DNA from: a virus
Taxonomy: Duplodnaviria > Caudoviricetes
DNA length: 64,000 bases
Direction: 5' to 3' (one strand)
IMG/VR virus record: IMGVR_UViG_3300019371_000256
Location: 1 to 64,000 of that record
Shown: positions 1-9,301 of the stretch, piece after piece
How the letters are laid out: the number at the start of each line of letters is the position of its first letter
How positions within the stretch are numbered: position 1 is the first letter of the stretch
Notes under the pieces: model-generated
What the model was told of the DNA's origin: nothing
Databases searched by the model: none
Seen by the model: only the letters and a program-made list of their open reading frames with translations
Made by a program: the position numbers and the translations under genes

Positions 1-381
1 CTAAGCTAAGTATTTTCCCTGTTTAGTTGCAGATTGTTCTTTTTCTTGATTTATCATATTTTCCATTTGAACTAGTATTGATCGCTGATTACTTCTTGGT
101 AGTTCACGAAAATAAGATAACAGATCAGCCTCATCCGTGGATAGATCAGCATTATCTCCTATCTGTACAACTGTATTCTCTTCTTTACCAAGGAGTAAAT
201 AATCTGTACTGACTCCAAAATATTGCGCAAATTTAATTACTGCATCAGTGGATGGTTTTGCCTTACGCTTTTTCCATTCTGAAATTGAACTTTTAGAAAG
301 TTCTAATTCAGTCAATATGTCACTTGCCGTTTTATTACTATTATCAACTAAATAAAGTATTCGTTCTATTATGTCAGACAT
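1..381 (-). CDS. Phage immunity repressor (CI-like, XRE HTH), 126 aa
   Basis: N-terminal HTH (SKSSISEWKKRKAKPSTDAVIKFAQYFGVSTDYLL). GGAGGG RBS before the ATG at 381. Divergent from a cro-like gene. Confidence 0.88.
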   Translation of the reverse strand: MSDIIERILYLVDNSNKTASDILTELELSKSSISEWKKRKAKPSTDAVIKFAQYFGVSTDYLLLGKEENTVVQIGDNADLSTDEADLLSYFRELPRSNQRSILVQMENMINQEKEQSATKQGKYLA

Positions 382-441
382 AATAACCCTCCTGTCATTA
401 GAAAATTCTAAAATAACCATTGACAAATTAGAAAGTTCTAA
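293..441. promoter_or_regulatory. Three repressor-type operators TTAGAA-N2-TTCTAA at 293-306, 398-411 and 428-441
   Basis: Three copies of the palindrome. One lies in the spacer of the rightward promoter and one inside the cI coding sequence. Confidence 0.8.
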
Positions 442-448
442 TTATAAT
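420..448 (+). promoter_or_regulatory. Consensus sigma-A promoter for the lytic (cro) transcript
   Basis: TTGACA (420-425), 17 bp spacer, TATAAT (443-448). Confidence 0.88.
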
Positions 449-463
449 TACAAATGTAAAGTG

Positions 464-707
464 AATTTGTAGTTTCGGATACAACAAATGCCGGGCCACT
501 AACCCGGAACTCTCCAACATTATGCAACCGAGGTAGACAAGCCCTCAAAAGATTATCATTCATACCTGTGAGCCTTATTCCCCCATGAGAAGCAATAGAC
601 ACGCAAGACTGATAGCGGTTGCAGTATTAAACTTTGGATTTAGGTATCGCCAAATACCTGTTTTAACTAATCCTCTTGTATGTGTTGTAGTAGCCAAACT
701 ACAAATT
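464..707 (+). ncRNA. Candidate structured leader RNA upstream of cro
   Basis: Perfect 12-bp terminal pairing of 464-475 with 696-707. Internal stems at 491-507, 523-530/616-623 and 642-659. Confidence 0.5.
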
Positions 708-766
708 TATTTTACCTTACAACCTAACAAATGTAAAGGAAGTTTGCAGGAAGGAGGCGAAATTGA

Positions 767-979
767 ATGGCAGTATACACTCCTAAATGGGGTAAGGAAG
801 TAAAGAAGGCTTTAATTGATAATGACCTTTCGGTTGCGGACCTTGCAGTTACGCTGAGTTGCTCAAGAATCTATTTAAGTAATGTGATTCATGGACGGGA
901 ATATTCCAGTGAAATTGTAACAAAAGTAAGCAGGCAGCTAAATATCCCGGAAATGGGAATGTGTGATGTCTTACGTTAA
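767..979 (+). CDS. Cro-like HTH regulator
   Basis: 70-aa HTH divergent from cI, preceded by GGAGG RBS. Confidence 0.8.
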   Translation: MAVYTPKWGKEVKKALIDNDLSVADLAVTLSCSRIYLSNVIHGREYSSEIVTKVSRQLNIPEMGMCDVLR

Positions 980-1014
980 AACTATTATGTAACTAATCCA
1001 AAGGAGGTGGAAAA

Positions 1015-1281
1015 ATGGAAGATTTCAAGGAGCAGATAGCAAAACAATTTGTTTCAAGTGAAAAAGCGTGTATCGAAGCAGAAAAAAGGAGTAAAGGTAT
1101 TGATCCAGCAAAAGTCCAGATTGTTGTTCCTATGTTATTGGAAATTGCAAGTAACAACTACCTGAACCCAGCCGAATTCAATGAAGCCTTAAAAATTGCT
1201 AAAGATTTAATGGATTATTCTTTAGCCAGATTATCAGCTAATGCTTGGACAGTAACTGCATTAGAAAAAGCAAAGTTGTAA
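1015..1281 (+). CDS. Hypothetical phage protein
   Basis: Strong GGAGGTGG RBS, 88 aa. Confidence 0.6.
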   Translation: MEDFKEQIAKQFVSSEKACIEAEKRSKGIDPAKVQIVVPMLLEIASNNYLNPAEFNEALKIAKDLMDYSLARLSANAWTVTALEKAKL

Positions 1282-1412
1282 TCCGTGATAAACTCTAAAA
1301 TTTGACCTTCCATGGCTTGGTGTGAATCGTCATTGTTTGAATTTATGCGAGCCTGCATCTTGACAGATGCAAATGCGATAGCAATATCATGTGCCCTTTT
1401 TTCAATCTTCAT
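1215..1412 (-). CDS. Small antisense-oriented hypothetical protein (65 aa)
   Basis: AAGAAAGGA RBS before the ATG at 1412. Its 3' end overlaps the 1015 ORF. Confidence 0.5.
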   Translation of the reverse strand: MKIEKRAHDIAIAFASVKMQARINSNNDDSHQAMEGQILEFITDYNFAFSNAVTVQALADNLAKE

Positions 1413-1534
1413 ATATGTTTTTCCTTTCTTAAGTACTCGGTGGTCAAACACCTGTAACTAAAGCATTGCAGAAATTGTGAAGATGAGATGAATTGCTATT
1501 AATATAATTTTAAATCAGATTGGAGTAGGAATCT

Positions 1535-2017
1535 ATGGGAGCTAAGCCAACGAAAGCAGCCAATAGTATCTACTGTAAGTCGAGATTAGAAGCAGCGATC
1601 TTTGATGACAGACTGAGGAGCCGGGAAAAAGCGGCTGAGATGTTAGGATATGATCCTTCTACCGTTGCAAGTTGGGAGCTGGGCTCAAGTCGCCCTTCGC
1701 CTGAAGCTGTGCTAATTATGGCAGATACATATAATGCACCAAACTTATGTAATCATTTTTGTACGAATGAATGCCCTCTGGGAAAAGATATGCCGTCAGT
1801 AATAGATGGTGATCTGGATAGACTTGTTCTTCGGGCATTAGGAGCAATCAGAGATTTGAAGGAGACCAAGGAAAGTCTAATTGATATTACAGTAGATGGA
1901 ATAATTGATGAAAGTGAAATGCCAATACTGGAGGAGATTATAGCTACATTTGATGAATTATCTGTAATTCATAATAGCTTAAAGATCTGGTTTATAAAAA
2001 ACAGTAAGGAGGGATAA
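1535..2017 (+). CDS. XRE-HTH / CII-like phage regulator
   Basis: REKAAEMLGYDPSTVASWELG HTH followed by LCNHFCTNECPLG. Confidence 0.7.
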   Translation: MGAKPTKAANSIYCKSRLEAAIFDDRLRSREKAAEMLGYDPSTVASWELGSSRPSPEAVLIMADTYNAPNLCNHFCTNECPLGKDMPSVIDGDLDRLVLRALGAIRDLKETKESLIDITVDGIIDESEMPILEEIIATFDELSVIHNSLKIWFIKNSKEG

Positions 2018-2019
2018 GG

Positions 2020-2265
2020 ATGCCAAAAGGAAGAGCAACTAAGAAAAAAACTGAGCCTGGGCTTAGTAATATGGTGACACTGTCATATTACACAATTAAG
2101 GATGTGATGACTATACTTGGTTGTGGTCGTACTAAAGCATCGGAGGTCGTTCGTGCGTTGAACGATGAGCTTGAGGGAAAGGGTTATATGAGGTTTCCGC
2201 TTGGGCGGGTACCAAAACAGTATTTTGAAGAAAGATATCATTTAGTAGAAAGGAGAGAAGCTTAA
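2020..2265 (+). CDS. Excisionase-like HTH DNA-binding protein
   Basis: YTIKDVMTILGCGRTKASEVVRALNDEL...GRVPKQYFEERY pattern. Confidence 0.6.
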   Translation: MPKGRATKKKTEPGLSNMVTLSYYTIKDVMTILGCGRTKASEVVRALNDELEGKGYMRFPLGRVPKQYFEERYHLVERREA

Positions 2266-2306
2266 GATATAACCGGCGGTGATTAACTCCAGAAAGGAGG
2301 AATACC

Positions 2307-2453
2307 ATGAGATATTTTGAAAATCTGGATGATTTTCAGGATGGCAGTCGCCCCCCCATTATTGATTGGGTAGAATGGTTTGTCAGCAGATTGATTGCCA
2401 TAGGAGCTATAATGTTGATTTTTATAATTTGTGGCACATTGGAGGTATTGTGA
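2307..2453 (+). CDS. Small membrane protein (48 aa, not in the ORF track)
   Basis: AGAAAGGAGG RBS. Translation MRYFENLDDFQDGSRPPIIDWVEWFVSRLIAIGAIMLIFIICGTLEVL has one hydrophobic segment. Confidence 0.6.
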   Translation: MRYFENLDDFQDGSRPPIIDWVEWFVSRLIAIGAIMLIFIICGTLEVL

Positions 2454-2645
2454 AAGAGGGTGAGAAATGATTACCTATTCATGTAAGTCGTGTCGGTTCC
2501 GCAATCGTTGCCCGGATCGGAGCAGGCGGTATACCTGTAAAGATTACAAAAGAAAGAATCCCCAGGAGCAGCAACTCCCAGGGATCAAAGAAACTGATAA
2601 TAACTTTTCAACTCTATTATACGTAGAGAAACGGAGAAAATCAAG

Positions 2646-2921
2646 ATGGAAAAAATGTTAGAAGCTATTTTATTGGCTGCTATGCCAGAGAAGTTGAGAG
2701 AAGAGGCGAAAGAACCAATATGCCTTATCTTTAATAAGGAAAAAGGATTAGAGGGGGAAGTTACTACAACCATTGCTGGACCGGCTTCCGGTATTTTTGC
2801 AGGTCTTTGTACCTTGCTTATTGATTCTCTAAAAGTCATGGAATCAAATGATCCTATGAGACAAAAGGAAATTCTGGACTCTATTTATGAAATAGTAAGT
2901 ATTGAACTGGGATTAAAATAG
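2646..2921 (+). CDS. Hypothetical phage protein
   Basis: 91-aa ORF in the early operon. Confidence 0.55.
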   Translation: MEKMLEAILLAAMPEKLREEAKEPICLIFNKEKGLEGEVTTTIAGPASGIFAGLCTLLIDSLKVMESNDPMRQKEILDSIYEIVSIELGLK

Positions 2922-2932
2922 GAGGTTTAAAG

Positions 2933-3079
2933 ATGGCTTATTCTAATGAATGTCCTTATTGTGGAGCCAACCTGGATCCAGGAGAGCATTGTAGCTGTAT
3001 TGAGGAAAAGGCAGAGGAAGAACAGACTTCTGTTGTTGGGATTACATATCATACTCAGGAGAAGCAAAATGTCTGTTAA
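2933..3079 (+). CDS. Small Cys-rich (Zn-finger-like) protein (48 aa, not in the ORF track)
   Basis: GGAGG RBS; MAYSNECPYCGANLDPGEHCSC. Confidence 0.6.
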   Translation: MAYSNECPYCGANLDPGEHCSCIEEKAEEEQTSVVGITYHTQEKQNVC

Positions 3080-3722
3080 GAAGATGGTTCTTAGCAGTAG
3101 AGAAGAGTGGTTGCAGGCCAGAAAAAATCACATTGGTGGATCTGACGCCAGCGCCTGTGTAGGCATGAATCCTTACAAGTCCAATGTGGAACTATGGGAA
3201 GAAAAGTCAGGATTACGTCAGCCAGAGGATATCTCAAAAAATGACTATGTTATTTATGGAAATAAAGCAGAAGAGTGCTTAAGAGCGCTGTTTTCTCTTG
3301 ATTTTCCCCAATATCAGGTTATCTACGATGATAATAATATGTTCCTAAACTCTGACTTTCCTTGGTTACATGCTTCCCTTGATGGAGAATTGATTGATCA
3401 GTTTGGCAGACATGGAATTTTAGAGATTAAGACAAGCAATCTCCTTCAGTCTCTGCAAAGGGAAAAGTGGAAGGATAGAATACCTGATAATTATTTTTGT
3501 CAGGTTCTCCACTATCTGGCTGTGACAGGTTATGAATTTGCTGTGTTAAAAGCCCAGCTAAAAAGTGAATGGGGCGGAGAACTAAGTATTATAACAAAGC
3601 ATTATTTCATTGATAGAAAGGACGTGGAGGAAGATATTGAGTATTTGGTTGATGCTGAAAAACGATTCTGGAATTGTGTGGAAACGGGACGGCGTCCAGA
3701 TCTTATTCTTCCAGCGATATAA
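3069..3722 (+). CDS. YqaJ-like viral recombinase / lambda-type exonuclease
   Basis: REEWLQARKNHIGGSDAS, ASLDG, LEIKT, YFCQVLHYLAVTG motifs. Confidence 0.9.
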   Translation: MSVKKMVLSSREEWLQARKNHIGGSDASACVGMNPYKSNVELWEEKSGLRQPEDISKNDYVIYGNKAEECLRALFSLDFPQYQVIYDDNNMFLNSDFPWLHASLDGELIDQFGRHGILEIKTSNLLQSLQREKWKDRIPDNYFCQVLHYLAVTGYEFAVLKAQLKSEWGGELSIITKHYFIDRKDVEEDIEYLVDAEKRFWNCVETGRRPDLILPAI

Positions 3723-3731
3723 GGTGGTCAC

Positions 3732-4637
3732 ATGGAATTAAAAATATATAATCCACAGGAAAACAGCTTCCTGCAAAAGATTGAATGGAACTTTGAGGAT
3801 TTGAAAAAAGAAATTGCTGTGTCGGCTCAGGAATATGAATCCTCAGTTTATACGGATGACACGATAAAGGCTGCAAAAGCAGATCGGGCAAAGCTTAATA
3901 AATTTGTAGATGCACTGAATAACAAGAGGACGGAGGTCCGAAAGGCACTTCTAAAACCAGATGAACAGTTCGGACTGGAAATTAAAGAACTGACTGGGAT
4001 TGTTCAAAAGGCAATTAATAACATTGATACCCAGGTGAAAGGCTATGAAGAACGCCAGAGAAAGGAAAAAACAGCAAAGGTCCAGGAGTTTTACGAAGAG
4101 AATATCCATGATCTTTCCTCTATTCTACCTTTTGATCGAGTTTTTAAGCCAGAGTATGCCAATGCCTCTACAACCATGAAATCGATTAAAGAGGATATAC
4201 TGGCTCTGATCCAGAAGGTTGATGAAGGCCTGGCTATTATCAATGAAGTTGATAGTAAGTTTGCAGGAGATATGAAAGAAGTGTTTATTCGGACTTATGA
4301 CATAGGGGCAGCTATGGCCGAAAGGAATCGCTTGGAAACTGCAGAAGAGAAACGCAAAGCTTATGAGGAAGAACAGGCTCGTAAAAAGGCAGAACGAGAA
4401 GCTGCCATGCAGGCTCAGACAAGCAGGGTAATTACCGTCGGTAAAGTGCCGGTAACTTCTACGCGTCCAATACAGACTCAGCATGTAGCACAGCCTACGC
4501 CTGCTGTGGAAAGCATAGAAGATCCTGTACATATTCTGGACTTCCGTGTCCATGCAACAAAAAAACAACTGGATAAGTTAAAGGATTTCTTGAATTCAAA
4601 TAGTATCCGGTTTGAACCGGTACCGAAAGGAGTGTAG
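3732..4637 (+). CDS. DUF1351-like phage protein
   Basis: IEWNFEDLKKEI...KADRAKLNK pattern; sits between yqaJ and recT. Confidence 0.7.
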   Translation: MELKIYNPQENSFLQKIEWNFEDLKKEIAVSAQEYESSVYTDDTIKAAKADRAKLNKFVDALNNKRTEVRKALLKPDEQFGLEIKELTGIVQKAINNIDTQVKGYEERQRKEKTAKVQEFYEENIHDLSSILPFDRVFKPEYANASTTMKSIKEDILALIQKVDEGLAIINEVDSKFAGDMKEVFIRTYDIGAAMAERNRLETAEEKRKAYEEEQARKKAEREAAMQAQTSRVITVGKVPVTSTRPIQTQHVAQPTPAVESIEDPVHILDFRVHATKKQLDKLKDFLNSNSIRFEPVPKGV

Positions 4638-4642
4638 TCTCA

Positions 4643-5560
4643 ATGGCAGTTAATAACAGTCTTGCTAAACAACAGAATAGAAAAATGGATTTTGGTATGT
4701 ATTTGACTCAAGATGCCGCGAAGCAGCAGATTAACAAACTCTTGGGAGGGCAGGCAGGAACCCGTTTCATTTCCAGTATTGTATCTGCGGTTCAAGCAAA
4801 TCCAGCACTGCAGGAATGTACCAACACTTCTATATTGAGTGCAGCGTTGCAGGGAGAAGCATTAAAGCTTTCTCCTTCCCCACAGCTGGGACAGTTTTAT
4901 ATGGTCCCATTTAATAATAAAAAGAAAGAGGTCAAGGAAGCTCAGTTTCAGCTGGGATATAAGGGATATATCCAGCTTGCAAAAAGAAGCGGGGTTTATA
5001 AAAAACTCCATGTCATTTCAATCAAGGAAGGGGAATTGATTTCTTATGATCCACTGGAAGAGGAGTTGAAAGTATCCTTAATTGAAGATGATCTCTTAAG
5101 AGAAGCAGCACCTACCATCGGATATTATGCCATGTTCCGGGAGCATAACGGTTATGAGCATAGTATGTACTGGTCTAAAAAGAAGATGATGTCTCATGCA
5201 GACAAATTTTCATCGGCATTCAATGCAAAGGATCTGGAGCGATTAGAGAGAGGGGAAATACCGGACAAGGATTTATGGAAGTATTCATCCTTCTGGTATA
5301 AGGATTTCGACGCAATGGCTCACAAGACCATGCTAAGACAGTTGATCTCAAAATGGGGAACTATGAGTATTGAAATGGTTCAGGCCATAGATGCCGATAT
5401 GGCAGTGATCCGTGAGGATGGTACCGCAGATTATGTAGAGGTGGAAGAAGCTGCCAAAGATAATGTGGTTGCAGAGCAGGAAGCAGAACAAGAGCAACCG
5501 GTTCAGGAATCGCCGGAAAGCCCGGAAACGAGTGTGGAAGATGATTTCTTTAATCAATAA
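4643..5560 (+). CDS. recT: RecT-family single-strand annealing protein
   Basis: RFISSIVSAVQANPALQEC, LSPSPQLGQFYMVPF, QFQLGYKGYIQLAKRSG, MAHKTMLRQLISKWG. Confidence 0.92.
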   Translation: MAVNNSLAKQQNRKMDFGMYLTQDAAKQQINKLLGGQAGTRFISSIVSAVQANPALQECTNTSILSAALQGEALKLSPSPQLGQFYMVPFNNKKKEVKEAQFQLGYKGYIQLAKRSGVYKKLHVISIKEGELISYDPLEEELKVSLIEDDLLREAAPTIGYYAMFREHNGYEHSMYWSKKKMMSHADKFSSAFNAKDLERLERGEIPDKDLWKYSSFWYKDFDAMAHKTMLRQLISKWGTMSIEMVQAIDADMAVIREDGTADYVEVEEAAKDNVVAEQEAEQEQPVQESPESPETSVEDDFFNQ

Positions 5561-5586
5561 AATCCAGTAGAAAGGAGGAAATACAA

Positions 5587-6018
5587 GTGGGAATCAGCCT
5601 TGATAGTATGGGGTGTGGAGCATTGCTCGAAAGAGCCAATCTCGCCCTGGCCCAAGTAGCAAGAAATATCATGGATCCAAATACAGATCCGGAAAAGGCC
5701 CGTAAGGTTACAATTACCCTTACATTTAAACCTGACAAAAGTCGAAGACATGTAAAAACTTCTCTGGGAGTTAATGTCTCCTTAGCCCCACCTTTGGCAG
5801 ATGAGACAATGATGCTGATAGGACAGGACTTAAAGACAGGACGGATTGAAATGAATGAGTATGGGAGCAATCAGCAGCCTGTACGGGTTGCTGGGGAATC
5901 TTATCCGGTTGCAACAGAAGAAATACCACCTCAGCCCAGAAACTTCGATTCAGAGACCGGAGAGATTATAGAGACGTCGCAGTATCAAAAACCTATTAAT
6001 TTAAGAGAAGCAAATTAG
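5587..6018 (+). CDS. Conserved hypothetical phage protein
   Basis: NIMDPNTDPEKARKVTITLTFKP motif typical of Firmicute phage early genes. Confidence 0.65.
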   Translation: MGISLDSMGCGALLERANLALAQVARNIMDPNTDPEKARKVTITLTFKPDKSRRHVKTSLGVNVSLAPPLADETMMLIGQDLKTGRIEMNEYGSNQQPVRVAGESYPVATEEIPPQPRNFDSETGEIIETSQYQKPINLREAN

Positions 6019-6035
6019 AGAAGGAGATCCGTAAC

Positions 6036-6779
6036 ATGGACAATTTAAAAGAAGCATTACAGTACATTGCAGGGCTTGGAGTTGATGCAGAAAAAACAGA
6101 AGTACTTGATATCAATGGGAAAACCTATGCTACTAAGTCATTGACGCGGTATGACAAGATGCCAAAGGCGGACAGGATCAAAGCATCCACCCTCACATCT
6201 ATGGTGGATTATATTTACCAGTGTAATAATGAATTCCCTGGCAGCATGATTATACATATTGCAAGTCCCACTAAGGTGTACCTAATGTCAGCTCTTGATA
6301 AGGAAAGGGAGCGAGAGATACTGTTTGAAGTAAATGCAGAGATCTCAGAATTCCGTTTTGATCAGTGGTACGATCAGGAACATATGATGATTGATTTACA
6401 GGCTAACTTCCAGAAGAATGAGGATCTTGAGTTGGTTTTAAAAGCAGTTGGAAATATCGTGAAGAAGAATGGCGAGACTTACTCCGATGATGGCTGCTCC
6501 CAGGTTGCAACTATGAGCACGGGAATTGCAACAAAAGCAGATGTGATTGTACCCAATCCAGTAGAGCTGATCCCATATCGCACATTCCAGGAAGTGGGTC
6601 AGCCGGCAAGTAAGTTTGTATTCCGGATCGGAGACAAAGAGGTTCCAGCCTTTAAGATTGTAGAAGCAGAGGGTGGAATCTGGAAGAACGAAGCCATTTC
6701 AAATATCAAGGCTTTCCTTATGGAGAACCTCTCCAATATGGAAACTGAAATAAGAAGTAACATTACTGTAATAGGTTAA
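6036..6779 (+). CDS. Conserved hypothetical phage protein
   Basis: VPNPVELIPYRTFQEVGQPASKFVFR motif; commonly follows the preceding gene. Confidence 0.65.
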   Translation: MDNLKEALQYIAGLGVDAEKTEVLDINGKTYATKSLTRYDKMPKADRIKASTLTSMVDYIYQCNNEFPGSMIIHIASPTKVYLMSALDKEREREILFEVNAEISEFRFDQWYDQEHMMIDLQANFQKNEDLELVLKAVGNIVKKNGETYSDDGCSQVATMSTGIATKADVIVPNPVELIPYRTFQEVGQPASKFVFRIGDKEVPAFKIVEAEGGIWKNEAISNIKAFLMENLSNMETEIRSNITVIG

Positions 6780-6877
6780 TATTTTTTCCTTAGTGGTTTT
6801 ATATGTCACGAATCTAAGACCAACTGTTTTACCTCCGCTGCCTGTCAGTGGGTGGCGGGGGATTTTAGTGGAAGTAG

Positions 6878-7744
6878 GTGAACCACACCATGTCAAGACC
6901 TCAGAAAGAGGGTATCGACTACTTTCCATTTGATATAGACTTTTTTTCCGACCCTAAAATAAAAATCCTGAAGGCCCGGTATGGGGTAGATGGCATTGCA
7001 ATCTATTTGTATCTACTGTGTGAGATTTACCGATCAGGATATTATATTCGATTTAATGATGATTCTCAGTATATCATATCGGACGATTTAAAAATGAGTC
7101 CAGATAAGGTGATGCAGGTCTTGAAATTCTTGCTGGAACGGTCACTGTTTGATAATAAACTTTTCCAGTCGGACGCTGTCTTGACCTCAACCGGAATACA
7201 GAAGAGATTCCAGCTAGCTGTTAAAGAACGAGCTAAAAAGAATCCTATTCAAATAGAGGGTTTCTGGATTCTTCCAGAAGAAAAAACAGAACCCTTTATT
7301 AAAGTGAACTCATTTTTAAATAAATCAGGGAATAACAAGGATTTTTCCGGGAAAAACTCGGATAGTTCCCGGGAAGTATCCCTAAAGGAAAGTAAAGTAA
7401 AGGAAAGTAAAGTAAAGGAAATAAAAAGAAGTGTTTTTGTTCCTGAAGAGGATCTTAATAAGGCCATTTTGCGGTTTATGGATTATAGAGAGGAATTAAA
7501 AAAACCGTTGACCGATGATGCAATTACTTTATTAATTAAAGAATTACAGGATATAGGAAAGACCACAAACGAGCGTATTGCTATTTTAAATAGATCAATT
7601 ATGAACGGATGGACGGGAATTTTTCCTTTGAACAATATTGAAAAGGATTCAGCTCCATCTAATAAAAAAAACCAATTCCAGAACTTCCCTCAAAGGGATA
7701 CTGATTATGATGCCATTGTAAATGAACAGTTTCTGGAAATGTAA
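6878..7744 (+). CDS. Phage replication initiator (DUF4373-like N-terminus)
   Basis: GIDYFPFDIDFFSDPKIKILKARYGVDGIAIYLYLLCEIY; C-terminal ILNRSIMNGWTGIF. Confidence 0.8.
   Translation: MNHTMSRPQKEGIDYFPFDIDFFSDPKIKILKARYGVDGIAIYLYLLCEIYRSGYYIRFNDDSQYIISDDLKMSPDKVMQVLKFLLERSLFDNKLFQSDAVLTSTGIQKRFQLAVKERAKKNPIQIEGFWILPEEKTEPFIKVNSFLNKSGNNKDFSGKNSDSSREVSLKESKVKESKVKEIKRSVFVPEEDLNKAILRFMDYREELKKPLTDDAITLLIKELQDIGKTTNERIAILNRSIMNGWTGIFPLNNIEKDSAPSNKKNQFQNFPQRDTDYDAIVNEQFLEM
7339..7421 (+). repeat. Tandem 15-bp repeats (TAAAGGAAAGTAAAG x2.6) and CCGGGAA motifs inside the initiator gene; candidate origin
   Basis: Repeats at 7383-7397, 7398-7412 and partial 7413-7421. Lambdoid-type origins lie within initiator genes. 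Confidence 0.5.
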
Positions 7745-7757
7745 AGGAGGAGTGACC

Positions 7758-9278
7758 ATGGAAGAGTTGGAGACCGTAGTCCAAAATAATGCAGAAATAA
7801 AATCAGAGCCTTCACGTTGGTATGAAGGTCATATCAGTCTGGAGGACGCAAAGACATTTATTAAAAGCAATATTACTACGGCAGCCCGTTCTTTTATTGC
7901 CATTGGATTTTATTTGAAATGTGTCAGAGACCGGAATCTGTTTGAAGAAGATAATTATCAAGATGTATGGGATTTTGCCAAATCAGAATATGGTATAAGC
8001 AAAAGCACAGCTAGCCGTTATATGTCCATGAATGATCGTTTCTCTGAGAACGGAAACAGTCCCAACATAAAAACGGAATACAAATCATTTGGAAAAAGTC
8101 AGCTGCAGGAAATGCTATATCTGGAAGATGAGCAGTTGGAACAGGTCAAGCCTGAGGATAGAGTGGAAGATATCCGGAATTTACGAAGACCCAAGGAGAT
8201 TCCATACATAGAGCTACCAGGGCAGATGGATTTTGAAATAGACTTTCCTGATATTTTGCCTTCCGATCAGATTGAGAAGCCGGTTATGATACAAAAACAG
8301 ACCTTTGAAATAAATGTGGTGGATATGTTGTCTGGTGAGGAGCAGGAGAGCGTTGCGATATCGCAACAGGATGCGGATGTTAATAGTCAGGACTTTGAGG
8401 ATAAACGAAGAGAAGAATGGTTGATCCGATGTGATGTCCTTAGAAAAATGTGCAATGCTCTTTGCGATATGCATTCCTATGGTCTGGAAAAAGATAATTA
8501 CAGTATGACAGCAATTCAAAGAATATCAAGCGGATCCTATGGTTTTGGATTTGGCGATGACGGATCTGATCATTCAGAATATAACGTTGAATATAAGGAA
8601 CCCAGGTACTACGTAGAGGAATTTGATGGAATTGGAAACTGGGTATTTGAATCAGGTGAGATCGATCAGCAAATCTGGAATTTTAATGGCCGTGAATGGC
8701 ATAATGCACATCCGGATCAGCAGAAATTGGAAACCTCCCAGCTCGAAGATAAAGGATTTTATAATCCAGATGATGAAAAGAAAGTAGATGAATCTAACCC
8801 TGAAAATGTTATTGAACAACCAGGAAGTGTACCGGAAGAGGACGAAACTGTACCTGTTTCTTCTGAAAACGTAATTGATGGAGAATATGAGGAAGTTCCG
8901 TCAGAACCGATAAAGCAGGAACAGCCAGATCTTCCTATACTGAAGAACAATGAACAGCGCGCCGCTTTCATAGATGCCTATAAGACGTGGCCAATATGGA
9001 TCGAGACCAAAGAAACAGGGGAAAGGTACTACCGGTATGATTTATCGGAAAAGGCTGCCATTGTGGTAAAGGTATACTGGAAGCACTCATGGGAGAGTTA
9101 TAAGGAATCTAAGAATTATGAATACGGAGCAGAGCACTACTACCTTATGGGAGTGATGTCAGAATGGCATAACGGTAAAAATGCTTACGTGGAAGATGAG
9201 TCCAGGACATTTTATGAGTGTGGCACAAACCGATCTGCCCTAGTGGAATATTTGAAAGAATTTCAGAAAAAGCAATAG
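7758..9278 (+). CDS. Large acidic hypothetical phage protein
   Basis: GGAGG RBS; WDFAKSEYGISKSTASRYMSMNDRFS HTH-like segment. Confidence 0.65.
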   Translation: MEELETVVQNNAEIKSEPSRWYEGHISLEDAKTFIKSNITTAARSFIAIGFYLKCVRDRNLFEEDNYQDVWDFAKSEYGISKSTASRYMSMNDRFSENGNSPNIKTEYKSFGKSQLQEMLYLEDEQLEQVKPEDRVEDIRNLRRPKEIPYIELPGQMDFEIDFPDILPSDQIEKPVMIQKQTFEINVVDMLSGEEQESVAISQQDADVNSQDFEDKRREEWLIRCDVLRKMCNALCDMHSYGLEKDNYSMTAIQRISSGSYGFGFGDDGSDHSEYNVEYKEPRYYVEEFDGIGNWVFESGEIDQQIWNFNGREWHNAHPDQQKLETSQLEDKGFYNPDDEKKVDESNPENVIEQPGSVPEEDETVPVSSENVIDGEYEEVPSEPIKQEQPDLPILKNNEQRAAFIDAYKTWPIWIETKETGERYYRYDLSEKAAIVVKVYWKHSWESYKESKNYEYGAEHYYLMGVMSEWHNGKNAYVEDESRTFYECGTNRSALVEYLKEFQKKQ

Positions 9279-9301
9279 CGACAGGGTTGGAGGTGATTAA
9301 C

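Noticed and set aside
600-625. CTGATAG as a hammerhead ribozyme core
   Set aside because: Does not match CUGANGA, and there is no correctly placed GAAA element
585-803. 72-aa ORF in the cI-cro interval
   Set aside because: No RBS, overlaps cro out of frame, and coincides with the structured leader
2351-2357. C7 tract as a phase-variation switch
   Set aside because: Short tract, the frame is intact, and there is no supporting evidence of slippage
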